Shown here: positions 50,301 to 60,389 of the stretch, in pieces | Layout: each line of letters starts with the position of its first letter | Position numbering within the stretch: position 1 is the first letter of the stretch | DNA from: Haliotis cracherodii | Lineage: Eukaryota | Length of the DNA stretch: 64,000 nt | Reading direction: 5' to 3' | Assembly: GCF_022045235.1 (NCBI RefSeq) | Contig: NW_027266308.1 | Span: forward strand, 70,060,001 to 70,124,000 | Position numbers and translations under genes: made by a program | The notes under the pieces: generated by a model | Databases searched by the model: none | Seen by the model: only the letters and a program-made list of their open reading frames with translations | Told to the model about the DNA's origin: nothing

Positions 50301-53300
50301 CGAAGGTATCAGTAATTCAATATGCTGCATTGGAACATCTGAAACACAGGATCCTAGCATGAAACTCAACACACGGAAACCAAGGTATCAGTAATTCAAT
50401 ATGCTGCATTGGAACATCTGAAACACAGGATCCTAACATGAAACTCAACACACGGAAACGAAGGTATCAGTAATTCAATATGCTGCATTGGAACATCTGA
50501 AACACAGGATCCTAACATGAAACTCAACACACAGAAAAGAAGGTATCAGTAATTCAATATGCTGCATTGGAACATCTGAAACACAGGATCCTAACATGAA
50601 ACTCAACACACAGAAAAGAAGGTATCAGTAATTCAATATGCTGCATTGGAACATCTGAAACACAGGATCCTAACATGAAACTCAACACACGGACACGAAG
50701 GTATCAGTAATTCAATATGCTGCAATGGAACATCTGAAACACAGGATCCTAACATGAAACTCAACACACAGACACAAAGGTATCAATAATTCAATATGCT
50801 GCATTGGAACATCTGAAACACAGGATCCTAACATGAAACTCAACACACGGACACGAAGGTATCAGTAATTCAATATGCTGCATTGGAACATCTGAAACAC
50901 AGGATCCTAGCATGAAACTCAACACACGGACACGAAGGTATCAGTAATTCAATATGCAGCATTGGAACATCTGAAACACAGGATCCTAACATGAAACTCA
51001 ACACACAGAAAAGAAGGTATCAGTAATTCAATATGCTGCATTGGAACATCTGAAACACAGGATCCTAACATGAAACTCAACACACGGACACGAAGGTATC
51101 AGTAATTCAATATGCTGCATTGGAACATCTGAAACACAGGATCCTAACATGAAACTCAACACACGGACACGAAGGTATCAGTAATTCAATATGCTGCATT
51201 GGAACATCTGAAACACAGGATCCTAGCATGAAACTCAACACACGGACACGAAGGTATCAGTAATTCAATATGCTGCATTGGAACATCTGAAACACAGGAT
51301 CCTAACATGAAACTCAACACACGGACACGAAGGTATCAGTAATTCAATATGCTGCATTGGAACATCTGAAACACAGGATCCTAGCATGAAACTCAACACA
51401 CGGACACGAAGGTATCAGTAATTCAATATGCTGCAATGGAACATCTGAAACACAGGATCCTAACATGAAACTCAACACACGGACACGAAGGTATCAGTAA
51501 TTCAATATGCTGCATTGGAACATCTGAAACACAGGATCCTAACATGAAACTCAACACACGGACACGAAGGTATCAGTAATTCAATATGCTGCATTGCAAC
51601 ATCTGAAACACAGGATCCTAGCATGAAACTCAACACACGGAAACGAAGGTATCAGTAATTCAATATGCAGCAATGAGAGAGACAGGAGTATTTAACTGGA
51701 ATGGTTATACAAAAGGGAGTTTGGACAACAGAGAGACAGGAGTATTTAACAGGAATGGTTATACAAAAGGGAGCTTGGACAACAGAGAGACAGGAGTATT
51801 GAACAGGAATGGTTATACAAAAGGGAGTTTGGATAACTGAGAGACAGGAGTATTTAACAGGAATGGTTATACACAAGGGAGTTTGGACAACAGAGAGACA
51901 GGAGTATTTAACAGGAATTGTTATACACAAGGGAGTTTGGACAACAGAGAGACAGGAGTATTGAACAGGAATGGTAATACAAAAGGGAGTTTGGATAACA
52001 GAGAGACAGGAGTATTTAACAGGAATTGTTATACAAAAGGGTGTTTGGATAACTGAGGGACCGGGGAATTTGGACAACAGAGAGACAGGAGTATTTAACA
52101 GGAATGGTTATACACAAGGGAGTTTGGATAACCGAGAGACCGGGGAGTTTAGATAACAGAGAGACAGGAGTATTTAACAGGAATGGTTATACAAAAGGGA
52201 GTTTGGATAACTGAGAGACAGGAGTATTTAACAGGAATGGTTATACAAAAGGGAGTTTGGATAACTGAGAGACAGGAGTATTTAACAGGAATGGTTATAC
52301 ACAGGGGAGCCCGTGTGCGAAATACGCTGTAGTCGGAAAGCGCACGTTAAATCTTCTATATCAGTCAGTCAGACACAGGGGAGCATGCTGTCCTCTCAGT
52401 GTTTCTACACTTTGTTATAATCTCACATGATGACACAAATGTACAGAGCTTCAGGGGTTTGCTTGCTATTTTCTGATGTTGGCGCCTGCTCACCTGTTTT
52501 CTGACTGGACACTGGCGGCATGGTGCTCTGCAATGGCTTCCTGCAGCTCCACGACCGACGCCACAGCTGCATCTCCGTAACTTGGGTTGCTGAGCCAGTC
52601 CAGGCCTCCCCCTGTCAACAGAAGCAGTAGTGGGGATTCCTTGCATTAACATCTGCCTTTAACTCTATTTTGAAAATGTTCATCTGACCAAACAGAGGTC
52701 GAGATAAGATGCGCATTTGCATAAAATATGTATAAAATAAACTGAAATATGCGGACAAATCAAATCCTAGCTCATCAAATACTCAACAAAAACTATAAAT
52801 ACGCTATAGAAATAAAATTAATGCATATATTATAAATATTGAAAAACGAATGCGTATATTACAACTGTAAGATAAAAAGATTGTGTATCAGGCGATCGCG
52901 AAATTCACTTACTGACATACTGACCACCGCTGATTGGTGATTAAAGAAATAAACAAAAAATGGCTTGAGGGAGAGGGAGCCGCAGACAGGTATACTCGTA
53001 TTCACCTAGTTTTACATGATGTACAGGGATGGTTATGAAACAGATTTAAAGTAACATATCCATATGGAAAGAAACAGGTGGGTACAAATATGTTTTATAC
53101 CCTCTAAAACTTGTAGATACCAGATCAACATCAAACCGCTCGGGTAAAAATCCCTAATAACCAAAAGCTTATCTTTTGCTCTGCCATAATTCCAAACAAA
53201 ATGTACATCCTAGTTTAAATGCAGAGAATCCAAACAACTCTGTGTAAGTACAGAAGGGATATGAACAGGGCTACAATATTTGTAGATATTCTTCATAATT

Positions 53301-56300
53301 TGTAATCTTTTATTGATGAAGTCACAAGTATATTAGAAACTGTCAATGTTGGAAATGTTTATCAATATTAGTGTCAATGCAGCTGAACGTATGAGGAAAC
53401 CTAATGTGAATAGAAAGAAGCCAAAAATGGATTTTAATACTGTGAACTGTGTTCAGGTTAAACAAGAAACTAGACGTCATCTGTGGAGATTCCAACAAAT
53501 GAAATTAAACAAATTTTCACATGAGAATTAAATACAAACATATATGTAAAGGATCAAATGAGCATATAAAAAGTACAAGACTTAAATCATGTATACACAT
53601 GCACAAAAGTTAAGCGCCACCCACCATATTTTTAGCTGTTACTTTTGGCACTTAATGATGACTATTATAACGAGATGTACGATTATTATAAGCCGTATAT
53701 ATAAACCTCATGTGATGCAAAAGTTGTCCCAAAGCAAGTTTATCTTGTGTTCCAAAAGAATATGAGCAGAAAGGAATTTTACCAAAGACCAGAAATTGAA
53801 TGATTAGAAAACATTGAAAAACTTTTTTTGTAATGTAACTGTCATGATATCAGCAGACCATATCAGGTGTCACATAGACAGCCTAGGGAGCGCAGAGTCT
53901 ATTGCAAGACAGAAACGTCAGTAACGTGTGTATGATCGACGGACATTGACCACAGCTTCAACCCTACGCCTCATACTCATGACAAGTCGTTGAATGCTTC
54001 TCTGAGGCAAACGGATCCATTCTTCATGAAGTGTGGCTTCAAGTCCAGCGAGATTTTGAACTGGGGGATCACGATGTCTGATTTTCCGGCCAAGAATGTC
54101 CCAGAGATGCTCAATCGGATTAAGATCCGAACTACAGGCCAGCTAAGGAAGAGTGGCAATAGCTTCTTGACGCAAATAAGCCAAAACTGCCCGAGATATG
54201 TGTGGTCTAGCAATGTCGTCCATGTAAATAGATCTTGTCTGAAGAGGATGGTTGTCAAAATGAGGGACTACCACTGGACGAAGAACGGCAACTTGATATT
54301 GTTGGCCATTCAGGTTTCCACGAATTGTCACCAGCGGAAGTTTGCAGCTGAAGGAAACACAACCCCATATCATGACAGACCCCCGCAACATGCTAAGGTC
54401 TTCTGGATGTTCCTTGGTGCAAAACGAGTGTTACGTTGCCTCCAAACACGTATTCGACCAGTTCGTAGCAGCATTCGACACTCGTCAGACCAATGGATCC
54501 TTCTCCAGTTGGCCAAGTTCCATCAACTACAGGCACGACACCATATCAGAAGATTCCGCATGTGCCTCTCAGTCAGTTGAGGACATTTACTGGTCTTCTG
54601 GCGTTATAACCAGCCGCTCTGAGGCAACGCCTTACGGTCATCGTCGAGAGTCTCTGATGGGTAATCCACTGCAGTCTTAAATCTGTTGAAGTGGCAAATG
54701 GATTTCGTCTGACTATCCTGAAAAGACGTCTATCCTCTCTGTTAGAGGTCTTTCTTGGCCTACCAGACCTATGCCTGTCATTGACATTATTGGTTTGACC
54801 ATGTTTGACAATCAAACGAGTTATAACACTGTGATGACGATCCATTTATCTTGCAATGGCCCTGCATGACATGCCAGCATTTTTCATGCCTATCACTTGC
54901 CATCTTTCAGCGTTCGTTAACTTTCTCCTCACCATGGCTGATTTTCAACCTCTATTGGAAGGGGAATCTCACATGTGTCCGAAACTTGAATTTCACTATT
55001 TATAGGGTAGGGGAACTGCAGCAAAACGTAAAGCACGCTTTCCTTATGGTTTATGGACAAATTTGGGTTCATGAAACTATGGAAGCCTAATTCAGTCATA
55101 CATCATCATATTTCGTATTTCTGATTCCCACACGTGAAATCAAGAGACTATGATTATGGTGGTGCTTAACTTTTGTGCATGTGTATATAAAGGACTCATC
55201 TGTGTTTTGGAAAGAATTGAAAAGTTTATCAAGCCCATATGATCGGAGCCCCTGTGATCGGAGTAATGAGATTGATAAAGACTGATGGTGTTCAATACTT
55301 TTGATGAAATTAGTGAGAATAGTGATACTACCGACCATGACGAATATTGATAAATGCATTGTGGAATCGCCCCTCTCACAGGGGCAGCTATTAACCATTG
55401 AAAGAAGGGAAAGTCCCCGGCCTTGATGATATCATTGAAATGCTCAAATGTTCTTAACCTGTCATATTTCTATTCTTAAGAATCTTATGCAACAAGTTAA
55501 TTGATTCTTGCGTACTTCCGGCGTCCAGGACGAAGGCAGTAAGGTGGTGGCTCTGTGGTGTGGGCATTGGAACTGTCCATTTAACTGTTTGCAAGAAACT
55601 TCCTATCATTGGTCTCCAGACACCTTACGTTATTGTGTATCCTGTATGTATAAATGCACTCAGTCGTTGGATAAAATACTGTCTTAAACTTAACCAAACG
55701 CACAAAGACAGAATTCCTATGAAAGCCTATGATGAGCTTATGTACTATGATAGCTGTGGACACCAAACCCATGCATCTACTGTACACACTTTACTGTTTT
55801 CACAGGAATTTGGATTTGTAGGGATTGTCAGTATGTTGGTGATACATTTGCTTCTCTCAGACTTTATAAAACAAGTAGCAGTTGATATGTATCATCAATC
55901 ATGGGATAGTATTATAGAAAATAGTACAAGATATGACATATATAAAGAGTTTAAATGCTTAATCGGACCTGAGAAGTACCTCCCCCTATTAACAGATAGA
56001 AAACAAAGTAATTTATCATACCACAATGTCAGAGAGATGAGATTTGATTGGTTCACATAATCTTGGTAAAATACTATGTATCCCACCTTGGAGGGAAATA
56101 AATTTTCCGAGGCAATGAAAGTCACATGAAACATCACAAGTTAACCTCAGCTCAATCAAAGAGCTGTTTTCTATTAATTTTGAATTTGTTTTATTTCTTT
56201 TACAAAGTCATATAAAACATAATGGTAAGATATCATTCCCTGTGGATACTGCTACAACTTATGATGTTGACTGAGAAGAGGGTTGTTTAGGTAGAAAGTT

Positions 56301-58929
56301 AACATAGGGAGATGGTTGGAGTTTGAATGAATTTATGTTTATTCCTCTTTGTAATCTAGGGATAGAAGATGAATATCATTTTATCCTCATATGTAATTCC
56401 TATAAGAACATAAGACGCCATCTGTCTAAAATGTATTGTTATTATTCCAAATATGTATAAATTTAGAAAGCTTATGTCTTCGAACGATGTAAGATTATTA
56501 ACAAACTTATGTTAATATCTATGTAAAGTTATGAAAAGAGTCAAAAAGTTTTGCAAATACTGGAATAATATGATGAAAGTTGTTACCGGTATGTGGTTAT
56601 TGCCTCTAAGATTTGTTCCAGGACCAAACTATGTAGCTGAAGGACCAAAAGGTTGTCGTGTAAATTCTGTGTGAAGCGCAAATGTCTCTTCACGCCAGAC
56701 AAAATGCTGCTGTATTTAGGTGAACAGTTTTGATTAAAAAAATCATGTCAGTTTCACAAAATTTCACAAATTCAAACTTTCACAGACTGGGATTTTCCGA
56801 CAAGGAGAAAAGGAGACATAGGAAGAGAGGAAAACAGTTAACAAACAAGGAGAAAATGAGACTAAGGAAGAGAGGAAAACAGTTAACATACAAGGAGAAA
56901 AGGAGACTAAGGAAGAGAGGAAAACAGTTAACATACAAGGAGAAAAGGAGACTAAGGAAGGGAGGAAAACAGTTAACATACAAGAGGAAAAGGAGACTAA
57001 GGAAGAAAGGAAAACAGTTAACAAACAAGGACAAAAGGAGACTAAGGAAGAGAGGAAAACAGTTAACATACAAGAGGAAAAGGAGACTAAGGAAGAAAGG
57101 AAAACAGTTAACAAACAAGGAGAAAAGGAGACTAAGGAAGAGAGGAAAACAGTTAACATACAAGGAGAAAAGGAGACTAAGGAAGAGAGGAAAACAGTTA
57201 ACATACAAGGAGAAAAGGAGACTAAGGAAGAGAGGAAAACAGTTAACAAACAAGGAGAAAAGAAGACTAAGGAAGGGAGGAAAACAGTTAACATACAAGG
57301 AGAAAAGGAGACTAAGGAAGAGAGGAAAACAGTTAACATACAAGGAGAAAAGAAGACTAAGGAAGGGAGGAAAACAGTTAACAAACAAGGAGAAAAGGAG
57401 ACTAAGGAAGAGAGGAAAACAGTTAACATACAAGGAGAAAAGGAGACTAAGGAAGAGAGGAAAACAGTTAACAAACAAGGAGAAAAGGAGACTAAGGAAG
57501 AGAGGAAAACAGTTAACATACAAGAGGAAAAGGAGACTAAGGAAGAAAGGAAAACAGTTAACAAACAAGGAGAAAATGAGACTAAGGAAGAGAGGAAAAC
57601 AGTTAGCAAACAAGGAGAAAATGAGACTAAGGAAGAGAGGAAAACAGTTAACATACAAGGAGAAAAGGAGACTAAGGAAGAGAGGAAAACAGTTAACAAA
57701 CAATGAGACTAAGGAAGAGAGGAAAACAGTTAACAAACAAGGAGACTAAGGAAGAGAGGAAAACAGTTAACATACAAGAGGAAAAGGAGACTAAGGAAGA
57801 AAGGAAAACAGTTAACAAACAAAGAGAAAAGGAGACTAAGGAAGAGAGGAAAACAGTTAACATACAAGTAGAAAAGGAGACTAAGGAAGAGAGGAAAACA
57901 GTTAACATACAAGGAGAAAAGGAGACTAAGGAAGAGAGGAAAACAGTTAACAAACAATGGGAACTCATTTTGATTCTATATATATATAACAAAAGTGCTA
58001 TTGGCTTACTGCCAACACGTGTATGAGAGTCAATAGGCATCCAGCTTGCCAGGACAACTGGATAGCAATGGGTCGCTCTCAGTTATGATAGTCAGTCTGT
58101 CAAAAGGGTATTTGGAAATGTCCAACACAAACAACTAAGATTGTATGTGCTTGGTAGTTCATCGAAACAATTTCATTGTGACTGTAACCTTGGGAGTTCA
58201 TCGAAACAATTTCCTTGCGACAGTAACCTATAGCAACTACTAAAGACTTCAAGTTGTATTGAGGAGACTAGGGCTGGGACGGGTAACTCGGGTACCCGGG
58301 TTGGGTAGGTACTGAGTAGGACCCGGGTACCCACAGGACTACCCGGACCTGTGGTTAGTCACATGATATATTGTTTAATGACAAAAATTATCTATAACTC
58401 TATGGTTACACTACAAGTCACTAATGTTTGCATTTCTTTCTGACTATGCACCCATTCTTTCTGACTTTTCATATGTTTGAATAAAGATATAACTTAAGTC
58501 AACTTCAGTGTATGCATGACCAGATTGTTTAATACATATATCTAAATACGTTTGGCCTGGGCTAAGGTAAAAAAAATCCCAATCGGACTTTTTGTACTTA
58601 TCTCTTGAGACCTACAGTGGGTACCCGTACTGGGTCGGGTAATAGGGTGGTGGGTACCCGGGTAGTAAATTTGGACTCGTCCCAGCCCCAGAGGAGACCC
58701 ATCGTCTTTCGGCCTAATTTAGATGGATGATCGAAAATAGAACAATCTTCATAACAAAATAAATTTCCGCACCTCCCGTGTCTTCATTGGGAAGGGCGGT
58801 AGGTTCATTGCCCACGGGAAATAGTGTATGTTTTTCAAGATCCTTTATACTTGTACTCGACAGTGGGAACAGAGTCGGAGATGACGAGGGTGTCTTGAAG
58901 TCATCTTGAAATGTTTCCCCGACGTCCAT
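35192..58929 (-). CDS. NRDE2: Nuclear exosome regulator NRDE2, 10 exons, ~1160 aa
   Basis: Exons 58929-58773, 52611-52494, 47178-47120, 46684-46564, 46361-45427, 42985-42728, 41960-40488, 40031-39916, 38601-38530, 35365-35192 (3483 nt, GT-AG, phases consistent). Motifs LDWLSNPS, K/H-rich tract, LWLEFVKFQD, GHTERAVASYQALIEFN, FWDSSVARFGEPGAAGW, HWLPWRP..EDCEDLER, FYRALQQCPWSKVLY, DLMTEKELRVQIPVEELDLL. Confidence 0.9.
35405..35705. repeat. 37-bp tandem repeat, ~8 copies
   Basis: Unit ctaccctgtgacaggcatgtggtactggggacctagt. Confidence 0.9.
35710..38538 (-). repeat. 32-bp minisatellite made of the NRDE2 exon 9 end plus donor, ~85 copies
   Basis: Minus unit tggtccaag|gt(a/g)tgtacactacgatccactca. 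Confidence 0.95.
38530..38601 (-). CDS. NRDE2: NRDE2 exon 9
   Basis: SKFGDRERAKGIFYRALQQCPWSK. Confidence 0.9.
38825..38990 (-). mobile_element. SINE-like family A copy (internally deleted)
   Basis: cactcagcaatattccagctatatg...aacccggatcttcac. Confidence 0.65.
39010..39683. repeat. ~53-54-bp tandem repeat derived from the family A head
   Basis: Unit atgcttgtctcctcctgtgcagatccgggttcgaataggacttcagcaaccaac versus the head gaagatccgggttagaataggtcttcagcaacccatgctt. Confidence 0.85.
39071..39183. mobile_element. ~110-bp MITE
   Basis: Inverted ends cagggcctacttgcacaaaacgatcttagtgctaaga / tcttagcacgaagatcgctttgtgcaagcgggccctg; related copy at 40176-40285. Confidence 0.7.
39916..40031 (-). CDS. NRDE2: NRDE2 exon 8
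   Basis: TGVMHRVRSVLERGTQSSASQHCPLVWRLYCHVE. Confidence 0.88.
40176..40285. mobile_element. ~110-bp MITE (same family as 39071)
   Basis: TIR ctgggccccgtt / aacggggcccag; shared core ttaaagta(c/t)gggagtta. Confidence 0.7.
40488..41960 (-). CDS. NRDE2: NRDE2 exon 7
   Basis: Largest exon; contains ORF 40375..41919 up to QEAQTG; donor g|gtagtc. Confidence 0.92.
42022..42508. mobile_element. Helentron/CvA-like non-autonomous element (degenerate)
   Basis: aacaag start, three internal repeats (aaatcaaact..gcactgcacctctccta), gacggccgg, end ggggcataa. Confidence 0.5.
42728..42985 (-). CDS. NRDE2: NRDE2 exon 6
   Basis: DVFVQYCMFLHQVGHTERAVASYQALIEFN...FWDSSVARFGEPGAAGW. Confidence 0.93.
43466..44270. 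mobile_element. Helentron/CvA(pearl)-like element with ~172-bp internal tandem repeats
   Basis: aacaag start; ~4 repeats (aaactatcaaaaggcaccagttcacc near 43564, 43736, 43908, 44077); (ggac)n microsatellite; terminal hairpin tatcccc...ggggata. Confidence 0.7.
45125..45375 (-). mobile_element. SINE-like family A copy
   Basis: Reverse complement of 29450-29700, including head aacccggatcttcatggg. Confidence 0.75.
45427..46361 (-). CDS. NRDE2: NRDE2 exon 5
   Basis: ORF 45368..46354; LRENTSDVKLWLEFVKFQD, KKLAILERAL; donor g|gtgagt. Confidence 0.93.
46564..46684 (-). CDS. NRDE2: NRDE2 exon 4 (Lys/His-rich)
   Basis: KAKHKHKHKKNKVKKKE; acceptor cccccag, donor gtaagt; phases fit neighbouring exons. 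Confidence 0.8.
47120..47178 (-). CDS. NRDE2: NRDE2 exon 3 (59 nt)
   Basis: tgtgtttcag|a...RCCNAARETSEGGSDDKESQG|gtcagt; bridges phase 2 to phase 1. Confidence 0.7.
47164..51672 (-). repeat. 79-bp satellite made of the NRDE2 intron 2 3' end plus exon 3 start, ~57 copies
   Basis: Plus unit gctgcattggaacatctgaaacacaggatcctagcatgaaactcaacacacggacacgaaggtatcagtaattcaatat; period measured 47164 to 47243. Confidence 0.96.
51677..52305. repeat. 54-bp minisatellite, ~11 copies
   Basis: Unit gagagacaggagtatttaacaggaatggttatacaaaagggagtttggataaca. Confidence 0.93.
52494..52611 (-). CDS. NRDE2: NRDE2 exon 2
   Basis: GGLDWLSNPSYGDAAV...ENR; conserved LDWLSNPS motif; donor ag|gtgagc. Confidence 0.85.
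53594..55185 (-). mobile_element. Tc1/mariner transposon (second family), inactive, in NRDE2 intron 1
   Basis: TIR tacacatgcacaaaagttaagc(g/a)ccacc with TA flanks; broken transposase 54935-53918 (RSGRPRKTS, GSVMIWGC, MDDIARPH, LNPIEHLW). Confidence 0.92.
55400..56550 (+). mobile_element. Decayed LINE ORF2 fragments
   Basis: GKSPGLD, DMYHQSW..YDIYKEFK..EKYL, CNLGIEDEYHFILICNSY. Confidence 0.65.
56800..57956. repeat. 45-bp purine-rich minisatellite, ~26 copies
   Basis: Unit aaggagaaaaggagactaaggaagagaggaaaacagttaaca(t/a)ac. Confidence 0.95.
58269..58690. mobile_element. hAT-type MITE
   Basis: TIR tagggctgggacg / cgtcccagcccca; 8-bp TSD gaggagac (58261-58268, 58691-58698); gggtaccc subterminal repeats. 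Confidence 0.88.
58773..58929 (-). CDS. NRDE2: NRDE2 exon 1 (probable)
   Basis: MDVGETF...TLFP...TLFP...DTG g|gtgcgg; phase 1 matches exon 2; LFP resembles the NRDE2 N-terminus. Confidence 0.65.
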
Positions 58930-59986
58930 AATCAAAGGGAGTTAATTCTAACAACAATACCGCTAAAAACTCAAATGAATGGCCTCCCATCGCAGGTGTA
59001 AGCAGAGACCATATTTTAATTTTTTTATTTCATGGTCTCTGGTGTAAAGAACTTATAATGAAGAGTTGAGTCACAACAAATCGGTCTTTCATCATTCTTG
59101 AACTTTTGAACTACACCTTCACCTGACATATACTGAAAGACTTAATAAATTGTGCGGTTGAAACATTTATAAACATAAAAAGAACATATCTTACTTTACG
59201 TCTAGATCATTTATTCTTAAATATCCATCTGCCTTATTAATACAAAATGTTTATATATTGAAATAGAGATTTATAATACGTATATATATGTACGCGAAAG
59301 GTCGGTCTGACGTGACCGGTAATGGGATGTCCTCAGATCTTTGTTTAGCGGCAGCGAGAACTTAGATCTGATTTTAATGAGATTGTACCCCGAAGTGTAT
59401 GGTGGCCGAGAGGGGACATCGCTTTCTCGCTCTATCGCTTTCTCGCTTTCTCGCTCTATCGCTTTCTCGCTTTCTCGCGGTTAAGCAGTATCCCCTCTTG
59501 ACCACTACAGGGGCCGCATGTGATATCTGCTGCAATTGGGAGGTAATGTTGAACTTTTCTCACTATTTACTTAAAACATAATTTAACTGTACAGACGTAG
59601 GTGATTTTAAAACAATCCACCGATTTTTGCGTAAAATGTAATTGATTTATTTATGGCCCTATTCAGTTGTATGTGACCATCACGCCGAAAGCGCGTGGCA
59701 GATCATGGCAATACGCTTTAAATAAATCAGGTTAAAATCTAAATATATACTTTTCAAAAAGACTATTGTTAATTAGTCATGGCTGATTGTTTTGCAAAAA
59801 TACAATCTTATAATTGTGGGTGTTCTATAACTTGTTTTCGGTGGTATATGATTTACAGTGTGTCATAATGTTGTCCGTAAATGTTCTTTTTGACATTTGA
59901 TGTATGTTTAACTTGAATTGTGTTTCTTGTCTTGTGCAAATCTACAAATATATGTACTTACATATAGTAATTTGATAAACACCGCT

Positions 59987-60152
59987 GTGAGTGAGTGAGT
60001 GAGAATGGTTTCACGTCGCTTTTAACAATAATCCAGTTATATCACGGGTAACACCAGAATGGGCTTCACACATTGTACCCATGTGGGGAATCGAATTGGG
60101 TCTTCGGCTTGACGATCGAACGCTGTAACCACTAGGCTATCCCACTGCCCCC
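59987..60152 (-). mobile_element. tRNA-derived SINE
   Basis: Minus head ggggcagtgggatagcctagtggtta...ttcgattcccc; (ACTC)n tail; second copy at 63128-63258. Confidence 0.8.
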
Positions 60153-60347
60153 ATCGCTGTGGCGTTACCACAGTTGATACCTGTACTTGTGTAAACTACA
60201 CATATGGAGAGACATAATTAGTGTGGCCACATAGTTAAGGTTGATAACAATATGAAATGCATTACTATGATTATCTATAACATATATTAAATCAGCTATC
60301 ATTGTGATATGTTATGTATATCTTAAGTATAGTTTTGTCAAAATTAT

Positions 60348-60348
<1 letters not shown>

Positions 60349-60387
<39 letters not shown>
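60349..60387. repeat. (GT)n microsatellite
   Basis: ~19 GT units. Confidence 0.95.

Positions 60388-60389
<2 letters not shown>

Noticed and set aside
47164-51672. Regular arrays as possible CRISPR loci (also 35710-38538 and 6439-8480)
   Set aside because: Units are head-to-tail with no unique spacers, there are no cas genes, and the context is a spliced eukaryotic locus.
56730-57749. 339-aa Arg/Lys-rich protamine-like ORF
   Set aside because: It is a 45-bp intronic minisatellite with a non-ATG start and is also open on the opposite strand.
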